From assembly GCA_963765125.1 (NCBI GenBank), contig CAVXUZ010000005.1:263837-327836 (forward strand): a DNA stretch of 64,000 nt, given 5' to 3'. Source of the DNA: an uncultured candidate division WWE3 bacterium (lineage in GTDB: Bacteria > Patescibacteriota > WWE3 > UBA101185 > UBA10185). The translations under genes and the position numbers were made by a program. Positions within the stretch are counted from its first letter, which is position 1. The number at the start of each line of letters is the position of its first letter. This document shows positions 18,320 to 25,323 of this stretch, piece by piece. The notes under the pieces were generated by a model that was not told where the DNA came from, made no database searches, and saw only the letters and a list, made by a program, of their open reading frames with translations.

Positions 18320-19555
18320 ATGACTCCTGTGAATAAATCGGCATTTATTAAAATCGGTATTTCCGTTATAGCGTTAGCTCTTGTTATAACTGGTTTGGTG
18401 ATTTTTACAAAAAAACATAACGGAAACCTGAGTATTTTATCCCCACTTAGTAAAACCTTCAGTATCTTTTCATTCGCAGGCACCGGAGAGCCACCTATAA
18501 AAGAGGTTTACGGCTACCTTCCATACTGGACGATTATTGACTCGAAATACTTACAAATGGATAAGCTTACTGATATTGCCTATTTTGGGCTCCATATCAA
18601 CGAGGACGGTTCGTTTTTAAAAGTTGAAGATGGCGAACTTAATCCTGGGTACAACAACTGGAAAAACAATAAAGAACTACTTGAAGTAATCAAAAATGCA
18701 AAAAAACACAATGTAAAATTTGCCTTAACAGTAATTTCACACAGAGACGACGTTTCGGACAAATTTTTAGACTGTCGTGAATGTTGGGTTACCCTAACCG
18801 ATAATATAATCGCTGAGCTTTTAGACAAAGGGATCAAAGATGTAAATCTAAACTTTGAGTATGCAGAGTACACACCGATTGAAAAAGCAAAACAATTTAC
18901 GGAATTTACCAAATATATAAACGAAAGGCTCGATGAAACATTCGGCGACTCTAAAATCGTAGTATCATCTTTTGCCGACTCTATTGTAAAAGAAAGAGTG
19001 TCAGAAATTGAAGGGTTGAGTAAAGTTGCAGACCGAATATTTATCATGGCGTATGATTTTCACCGCCCAACTTCAGACACAGCAGGACCAGTTGCACCAA
19101 TGGGCGGAAAGGGAGTGCACGCAGAATACGATATCGAAACAATGATGAATGATTACCTATCAAAAGTCCCGCCAAATAAGCTACTACTCGGCGTACCTTA
19201 TTACGGATACAACTGGGTAGTTGAGAGCGAAGATCAATATTCAAAACGTATTGAAGGCACAGATGACAACGGCTTTTCACAATCGCAAACATACCAAAAT
19301 GTAATGGAAACAATACTCAAAGTTAAACCAGAACTAAGATGGGACGACCTAGCAAAAACTCCTTACTTTACATACATCAGCCCCGACACCGGATACACAC
19401 GTGAAGTCTATTTTGACAACGTCGAATCATTATCATTTAAATACAATATGGTAATTGAAAAAGATTTAGCGGGTATTGGTATTTGGGCACTGGGCTACGA
19501 TGGGGGTTACGACGATTTATGGAATCTGATTGATAGGTTTTTTAAAAGAAACTAA
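18320..19555 (+). CDS. Membrane-anchored GH18 family protein
   Basis: YGYLPYW, VNLNFEY, IMAYDF, LLGVPYYGY, GIGIWALG. Confidence 0.9.
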   Translation: MTPVNKSAFIKIGISVIALALVITGLVIFTKKHNGNLSILSPLSKTFSIFSFAGTGEPPIKEVYGYLPYWTIIDSKYLQMDKLTDIAYFGLHINEDGSFLKVEDGELNPGYNNWKNNKELLEVIKNAKKHNVKFALTVISHRDDVSDKFLDCRECWVTLTDNIIAELLDKGIKDVNLNFEYAEYTPIEKAKQFTEFTKYINERLDETFGDSKIVVSSFADSIVKERVSEIEGLSKVADRIFIMAYDFHRPTSDTAGPVAPMGGKGVHAEYDIETMMNDYLSKVPPNKLLLGVPYYGYNWVVESEDQYSKRIEGTDDNGFSQSQTYQNVMETILKVKPELRWDDLAKTPYFTYISPDTGYTREVYFDNVESLSFKYNMVIEKDLAGIGIWALGYDGGYDDLWNLIDRFFKRN

Positions 19556-19733
19556 AAAAAATATGCAGAGATAAAAATAGATTGTTGGTATATAGATTTT
19601 GCAAAAACCAATCTCTTAATCGCATTTTCTAAGTATAATTTTTGTTATACAATTTTTATTTATTCTACAAGTAATTACACCTTAATACCTCGATATATCA
19701 AGCCTATTATAACTTCTCAAAAGTCAGTAGCAA

Positions 19734-19762
19734 TTGACACTATAGGTTATTTGTGTTAAAAT
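19734..19762 (+). promoter_or_regulatory. Near-consensus sigma70 promoter
   Basis: TTGACA-17 bp-TAAAAT with extended TG. Confidence 0.85.
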
Positions 19763-19767
19763 ACTCA

Positions 19768-19780
19768 GGTTTGAGAGTTC
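19768..19780. repeat. Inverted-repeat arm at the predicted transcription start (partner 20232-20244)
   Basis: GGTTTGAGAGTTC is the exact reverse complement of GAACTCTCAAACC. Confidence 0.92.
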
Positions 19781-19843
19781 ATTAGGCCGTTTAATCAATA
19801 GGGACCTAAAATAAAGGACCCAACTACCAAATAAGGAGTTAGA

Positions 19844-20224
19844 ATGGCTACCTATATAAAAGGAAGCAATAACGGCGTAGTAGCAATCGTTACTGCGCGG
19901 ACTTACGATAAAATGGAGGTTCGCAATCAGCTTGTAGCTGAATGTGAAAAGAAGGGCATACCCCTTCCGCAACTCCCCCCGGTAACACCAGTATTCACCT
20001 TTTCGTCCGAGGAGCATCCAGCTTTCAAGTTTATGACCGGCAGCTTCGCATTACTCGAAAAGTTACTTAATGGGCATGACGTAAAGAACGGAAGTATTTG
20101 GGTGCCTTTTTCAAATGGTACTCAATGGGGGCACGATCCGGCGGCTCGTTGGGAACTTGATTTTATGACTTCCCTCGACGAGGTATTCGAAGCATTCGAT
20201 ATCAATGTAGCAATTAATCGCTAA
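19844..20224 (+). CDS. Orphan 126-aa protein
   Basis: TAAGGAG SD, own promoter and terminator, higher GC than flanks; no family recognised. Confidence 0.8.
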   Translation: MATYIKGSNNGVVAIVTARTYDKMEVRNQLVAECEKKGIPLPQLPPVTPVFTFSSEEHPAFKFMTGSFALLEKLLNGHDVKNGSIWVPFSNGTQWGHDPAARWELDFMTSLDEVFEAFDINVAINR

Positions 20225-20231
20225 TCTGATC

Positions 20232-20244
20232 GAACTCTCAAACC
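20232..20244. repeat. Inverted-repeat arm between stop codon and terminator
   Basis: GAACTCTCAAACC. Confidence 0.92.
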
Positions 20245-20296
20245 AAGCGCCGTAAGCTATGGAATTTTACAATTCCCTCTATCTTACGGCGTTTTT
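20245..20296 (+). terminator. Intrinsic terminator with an internal second stem
   Basis: AAGCGCCGTAAG...GGAATT-TTAC-AATTCC...CTTACGGCGTTTTT. Confidence 0.8.
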
Positions 20297-20304
20297 CGTT
20301 TTAA

Positions 20305-20346
20305 CAAAAAGGTCCGCTTACCACCGTTGATGATAATCGGACTTTT
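20305..20346 (-). terminator. Terminator after tRNA-Val
   Basis: Minus strand AAAAGTCCG...CGGACCTTTTT hairpin. Confidence 0.7.
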
Positions 20347-20423
20347 TGGTGGGCTCAACAGGATTCGAACCTGTGACCTCTCGAATGTGAATCGAACGCT
20401 CTAACCGGCTGAGCTATGAGCCC
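20347..20423 (-). tRNA. tRNA-Val(CAC)
   Basis: Reverse complement GGGCTCATAGCTCAGCCGGTTAGAGCG-TTCGA-TTCACAT-TCGAG...GGTTCGAATCC...GAGCCCACCA. Confidence 0.96.
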
Positions 20424-20529
20424 AAACATTGAACCAAAACAAATTTTACCCCATCACCAAACAAAAAACACTCTGTCTTGGCCTAAAAAACGTAATGCTA
20501 TTTTACATCATTTGCTCTAAAATTATTCT

Positions 20530-21084
20530 ATGCCTAAAGTTAAATTTAAAAAGTTTTCGGAGGCACTACTAGATTTTATTGAAATCTCGATTATCGGGGC
20601 AACTATTTTTATTCTTGTTTATCTTTTTGTCGGTCAGCTGCTGGAGGTTTCGGGAGATTCTATGCACCCTACGCTGGTTGACGGCGAGCAGATTATCGCC
20701 GAAAAGGTTTCTATGGCTGTAAAACCTCTTGAACGTGATGAGATTGTGATTTTTAGGCACCCTGAGAAGCAGGATAGATTGTTGATTAAACGCGTTATAG
20801 GACTGCCTGGCGATGTATTTAGGTTTGAAGATGGAATAGTAGTATTAAACGGTGAACCCCTCTTAGAACCCTATTTGGTTGACGCAGGGCATACATTTGG
20901 TAGTGATGTTTACAATAACGGTGAAGACTACTCTATCCAAGACGGGTCGTATCTATTACTAGGAGATAATCGTGAGGAAAGCGCAGATTCAAGATCTTTT
21001 GGTACTATAAAACAGGATTTGATTTTGGGAAGAGCTTTATTGGTATATCACCCAATTAAAAACTTTAGGGTAATCGAACATTAA
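20530..21084 (+). CDS. lepB: Signal peptidase I
   Basis: VSGDSMHPTL, LIKRVIGLPGD, LGDNR..SADSR. Confidence 0.96.
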   Translation: MPKVKFKKFSEALLDFIEISIIGATIFILVYLFVGQLLEVSGDSMHPTLVDGEQIIAEKVSMAVKPLERDEIVIFRHPEKQDRLLIKRVIGLPGDVFRFEDGIVVLNGEPLLEPYLVDAGHTFGSDVYNNGEDYSIQDGSYLLLGDNREESADSRSFGTIKQDLILGRALLVYHPIKNFRVIEH

Positions 21085-21322
21085 CCTTTTTCTTGGTCTT
21101 GTTTTTGAAAGCAAATTCAACTATTCCAGCGATTTTTGAAAATATTGTGAAGTCCTTGCCCATTGCAACGTTTTCACCAGGAAGATATTTCTGACCAATT
21201 TGTCTAACGATAATCTGACCAGGTTTTACCACTTCTCCACCGAAGGCTTTAATACCTCTTCTTTTTCCTGCTACATTCCCACCTTGTTTAGCCGATGCAC
21301 CACCGGCCTTTTTATGTGCCAT
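21065..21322 (-). CDS. rpmA: 50S ribosomal protein L27
   Basis: MAHKKAGG...GKRRGIK...G.IIVRQ.G...GKDFTIFS. Confidence 0.97.
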   Translation of the reverse strand: MAHKKAGGASAKQGGNVAGKRRGIKAFGGEVVKPGQIIVRQIGQKYLPGENVAMGKDFTIFSKIAGIVEFAFKNKTKKKVNVRLP

Positions 21323-21325
21323 ATA

Positions 21326-21838
21326 TTATTCTTGAACTTTCTTGGGTCGTCCCCTCTTTTTTGGTGATTCGACGGCCTCTTTAACTTTAACTTTAACGGG
21401 TTTTGCTTCTTTTTTTGGTGATGCTTTTGCAACAACCTTTTTCTCAACTTTTTCTGTTTTTACTGGCTTTTCAGCTTTTTCAGCTTTAATAGGTTTTTCT
21501 TTAACAATTGGCTGTTCTTTAGCAACTTCAACCTTTTTAGCACCTTTAAAAATACCTTTGACTTCGATTATGCTAATTGGTTGTTTGTGACCTTTTACTT
21601 TTCTGTAACGTGATTTTGCTCTAAATCTTCCTATTCTTATTTTTCTATCTCTTGTGTCTTCGAGCTTCTCTAACTGTACTGTGTAATCAGTTAAAACAGG
21701 TGTACCTACAACTACTTCTCCGTTTAAAGAGACAAGTACAACATCGGCATTAAGCTCTTGCTGCCTTTCAATTTTGATTTTAGTACCTTCCTGTACTTTA
21801 AATTGTCTTCCGCCAAGGCGGATTACTGCATAGTCCAT
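21326..21838 (-). CDS. rplU: 50S ribosomal protein L21 with Lys/Ala/Pro/Glu-rich C-terminal extension
   Basis: YAVIRLGGRQFKV...SRYRKVKGHKQP plus about 70 extra residues. Confidence 0.95.
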   Translation of the reverse strand: MDYAVIRLGGRQFKVQEGTKIKIERQQELNADVVLVSLNGEVVVGTPVLTDYTVQLEKLEDTRDRKIRIGRFRAKSRYRKVKGHKQPISIIEVKGIFKGAKKVEVAKEQPIVKEKPIKAEKAEKPVKTEKVEKKVVAKASPKKEAKPVKVKVKEAVESPKKRGRPKKVQE

Positions 21839-21882
21839 AGGAAACAGAATGAATAGTACTATATATGAGCCTTTGTTTCAAG

Positions 21883-22188
21883 CTAAAAGTAGTCAAATAC
21901 CTGTAGTTGTTCGACAAGGGGAAAACTGTCATCTCCTGCGATCCTGTTTTTCCTTATAAAACCGCACTTTTCACACTCATTAACAAGAACTTCTTCGCCG
22001 TCTGGTTTATAAATTTTACCCTTCGGACGCATTAAACCGTTACATTTTGACTTTCTATCGCCTGGCTCCTCATCAACATGCACTGAATATAGACAAAACG
22101 GACAATGATTACGATTTTTTGTTCCCGGTGCTTCTTGAGGAACTTTTTTGTTACATTTTTTGCAGGTAAAATACTTAGAGTTTTGCAT
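21883..22188 (-). CDS. RNHCP domain protein
   Basis: FTCKKC...RNHCPFCLYSVHVD..PGDR...CNGLM. Confidence 0.92.
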   Translation of the reverse strand: MQNSKYFTCKKCNKKVPQEAPGTKNRNHCPFCLYSVHVDEEPGDRKSKCNGLMRPKGKIYKPDGEEVLVNECEKCGFIRKNRIAGDDSFPLVEQLQVFDYF

Positions 22189-23524
22189 CAGAACCAACAA
22201 CAATTATTACATCGTATTGCGAGGTTTCTTCAAGGTCTGTTTGCACTACAACTGTAAAGGTGTCTTTCATACTTTCGGTAAGTATGGTTTGATAATCTTT
22301 CTTACTTCCTTTAAGTTTAATAAGCGTATCGGTACGTGCAGAATCTGTAGAATTGCCAATGGCTTCAACTTTGTAACCAGCTTTTTCTAAAAACTCTTGT
22401 GTTTTTGCAGCAATACCTGCAACGCCTGCACCATTCTCAACGCTGATTTTTAAATCTTCTTTTTTCAATTCTGATTTTGGCGCCTCAACTTGTGGCTCTG
22501 GTGTATTATTTGTTGCGTCTTGACTTAGAACCTCATTTTGTGCTGGTTGGGTTGGTGATTTATCAGGTTCGTTTGAACCCTTATTAAGCATGTTTAACCC
22601 AAATATTCCTGCAAATACAATGGCAAGAACGCCTCCCCCGATATATATGGGCACCAAGCTCTTATCTTTCTTAATTACTGGCACGGGCAAATGCGTAAGT
22701 AAGTTAATTTTTGAAAATACAGCTGCTGAGTCCTTTCCTACAGTCTGGCTAACTAAAAGGTGTAATTCGTAGCCTTTTGCCTCGGCTAAATCACTATTTG
22801 GAATCTCAACCTTTAGTACCTCATAACCTGGGTTAAGAGAAAAGCTATCATAGTTGTAAACGTATACTTTATTTATTGGCGAATTTCTTTTATAGATTGA
22901 GAGGTCGGTAATTAATTTTTGTAATTCTTCAGTTGATTTTTCTTTTTCGTATACTCCTGAGAAAAATACACCATTAAATTCTGACAGCGCGACGATTTGC
23001 TTGTCTGCAGATTTCGATATAAAGATTGCCGGGTCATTAATGCCAACCGTCTTTGGTAAAAATAATATCCAAGGGTAAACACCGCGCAAACCAATCCCCA
23101 ATTTATTTGAAACATCAATATACTTTTCTAAAATCTCTTTTCTTATCCCAATAAACTGATAGACAAATGGGGCAACCTTAAGATATGAAAAATACATTTC
23201 TTCGAGTGTTGTTTCTTTTACTTTTTCTCTTGTCTCCAAAGTTAGCTGGTCTTCTAAACTACCACCGTTTTTATTTACTGTTACGAACTTGAGAATCACG
23301 TCCTGGGGTTCAACAATAAAATTTAAACCTAAAGAACCAGTACCCTTTTTTGTGATCGTGGAGATTAAATCCCTCATCGCGGAGGTGAATTCTTCGATAT
23401 TAATAATCTCATGTCCCTTTACTACGTCAGTAGCAACACTGGCCGAAACGCCTTTAAATTCACCGTTTTCTACAGTGCTTATCTTTAGGGTGTTTTCGCT
23501 TACTGAGACTATTAAATCTTGCAT
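22175..23524 (-). CDS. PilM-like N-terminal domain, TM and LytR C-terminal domain protein
   Basis: C-terminus ISVENGAGVAGIAAK...GY...IGN...DVIIVVG (LytR_C); N-terminus loosely resembles PilM. Confidence 0.75.
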   Translation of the reverse strand: MQDLIVSVSENTLKISTVENGEFKGVSASVATDVVKGHEIINIEEFTSAMRDLISTITKKGTGSLGLNFIVEPQDVILKFVTVNKNGGSLEDQLTLETREKVKETTLEEMYFSYLKVAPFVYQFIGIRKEILEKYIDVSNKLGIGLRGVYPWILFLPKTVGINDPAIFISKSADKQIVALSEFNGVFFSGVYEKEKSTEELQKLITDLSIYKRNSPINKVYVYNYDSFSLNPGYEVLKVEIPNSDLAEAKGYELHLLVSQTVGKDSAAVFSKINLLTHLPVPVIKKDKSLVPIYIGGGVLAIVFAGIFGLNMLNKGSNEPDKSPTQPAQNEVLSQDATNNTPEPQVEAPKSELKKEDLKISVENGAGVAGIAAKTQEFLEKAGYKVEAIGNSTDSARTDTLIKLKGSKKDYQTILTESMKDTFTVVVQTDLEETSQYDVIIVVGSDAKL

Positions 23525-23560
23525 GTTCTTAATATATCACACTAACATTGTTTGATAAAT

Positions 23561-24610
23561 TTATCTGGATTGCCAAATATTCTGGATAATACCGATACAA
23601 ATCATTGAAAGCAGCATCGAACTTCCGCCGTACGACACAAGCGGAAGTGTAACTCCCGTAACGGGCATGATCCCCATATTCATTCCAACATTCACCAAAA
23701 ATTGAATAAAGAAAATAAAAAATATTCCGATGCAAAGTAATCTTGCAAAACGATCTTCATTTCGATGAGCAATATAAAGAATCGTACTAAGCAAAACAAT
23801 AAAAAGAATTATGAGTGTGATTACGCCTAATAGTCCCCACTCTTCTGCAAATGCTGCAAATATAAAGTCCGTCCAATGCGCGGGGAGAAATTCTAAGCTT
23901 GCCTGGGTACCTCGACCAAAGCCTTTACCCAGTAATCCTCCTGAGCCAATTGCAATCATAGATTGAATAACGTTATAACCAGAACCCAAAACGTCTAATT
24001 CTGGATTTAAAAATACTAAGATTCTTTGTTTTTGGTAATCGTGAAGAATGCTCCAAATTGGCGCCGAAAATATACCAAATCCAAGAAACGCTGTTAAAAA
24101 ATAAAATATGCTCAAACCGGCAATAAACAGCATACCCACAAAAGTTCCTGCAATTACTATACCTGTACCCAAGTCTGGTTGAACTAAAACTAACCCTAAT
24201 ATAGGCATCAGCAAAGCAATCATCAAACCAAGTGTTTTTGGACTATTAACATTAATTTTTTCGTCAGAAAGCAATGAAGCAACAGCAATTATTAATGCCA
24301 GCTTAGCAAATTCAGACGGTTGCAGATTTAAAGACCCTATTTCTATCCAACGTGCTGAACCAAAACGTAATTCTGCAAATGCAAAAGTCACAATAAGCAA
24401 CAGCACAGCTACTCCAAAAATGTACTTCCAAATATATTTGTAAATTGAGTAGTCAATCTGTGAAAAAATGAAGTAAGCGACAAGACCCAGCACAAAAAAT
24501 ATTAATTGGGTTTTTACAAGATCTTTTGATGTCGAAAGCAAAGTTATAAATCCAATACAAAATAGTGCAAAAGTTATTATTAGTAATGATGGATTAAACT
24601 TTTTGATCAT
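23561..24610 (-). CDS. rodA: SEDS peptidoglycan polymerase RodA
   Basis: QPSEFAK, QPDLGT, GYNVIQSMIAIGSGG, HTDF-like HWTDFIF, PLVSYGGSS. Confidence 0.93.
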   Translation of the reverse strand: MIKKFNPSLLIITFALFCIGFITLLSTSKDLVKTQLIFFVLGLVAYFIFSQIDYSIYKYIWKYIFGVAVLLLIVTFAFAELRFGSARWIEIGSLNLQPSEFAKLALIIAVASLLSDEKINVNSPKTLGLMIALLMPILGLVLVQPDLGTGIVIAGTFVGMLFIAGLSIFYFLTAFLGFGIFSAPIWSILHDYQKQRILVFLNPELDVLGSGYNVIQSMIAIGSGGLLGKGFGRGTQASLEFLPAHWTDFIFAAFAEEWGLLGVITLIILFIVLLSTILYIAHRNEDRFARLLCIGIFFIFFIQFLVNVGMNMGIMPVTGVTLPLVSYGGSSMLLSMICIGIIQNIWQSR

Positions 24611-24658
24611 TAAGATTAGCCAGTCTTAAATCGTGTTATACGTTGTTATAATAGCAAT

Positions 24659-24796
24659 TTATCGGTCTGAAGTTAAGGAGTTTTGGTATACAAAATATTT
24701 ATCAGTCTGGTAGGCTCTTTTCACTAAAACACCGACACCAACAATTACGAATGCAACTAAAAAGATAAATAGGAATGTGCTTATTTTATTCGTCAT
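24659..24796 (-). CDS. Small single-TM protein
   Basis: MTNKISTFLFIFLVAFVIVGVGVLV; overlaps the end of the adenosyltransferase gene. Confidence 0.55.
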   Translation of the reverse strand: MTNKISTFLFIFLVAFVIVGVGVLVKRAYQTDKYFVYQNSLTSDR

Positions 24797-25322
24797 TTTT
24801 CCAAATAATTTCCTTATGACCAGATTTAAAATTAACATACCGTGCGAGCACAAACAATAAATCTGAAAGCCTGTTCACATACTTGCCAACTTTATGGTAT
24901 TGCAGATGCATCTTTTCAGTTTTAAAAAGCTTAACTAGTTCACGTTCTAATCTTCTACAAATTACTCTGGCTGTATGTAAATAGTTTGCTTCTTGTGTTC
25001 CACCTTGCAAAATAAAGTTGCTCAGCTTTGGAAGTTTACTTTCATAGCTATCGATAATATTTTCAAGTTCTGTAGTCTTTTCTTCAAAGTCTAAACTTAC
25101 CTTAGCACCAGCAATTAGCGAGCCTAACCCCATTAAATCTTTTTGGAGGTTAATCACAAGTGTAACTAGCTTTTTTTCCTTATAGTTATGCAAAAACCCA
25201 AGTGACGCGTTAAGTTCATCCAGCGTACCTATAACCCAAAGTATTTGAGAAGACTTTTTTATTTTTTTACCCGTGGCGATAGTAGTTGACCCATTATCAC
25301 CATTTTTTGTATATATTTTCAT
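24786..25322 (-). CDS. ATP:cob(I)alamin adenosyltransferase, PduO type
   Basis: MKIYTKNGDNGST, GTLDELNASLG, FILQGG, LHTARVICRRLER, YVNRLSDLLFVLAR. Confidence 0.95.
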   Translation of the reverse strand: MKIYTKNGDNGSTTIATGKKIKKSSQILWVIGTLDELNASLGFLHNYKEKKLVTLVINLQKDLMGLGSLIAGAKVSLDFEEKTTELENIIDSYESKLPKLSNFILQGGTQEANYLHTARVICRRLERELVKLFKTEKMHLQYHKVGKYVNRLSDLLFVLARYVNFKSGHKEIIWKNDE

Positions 25323-25323
25323 C

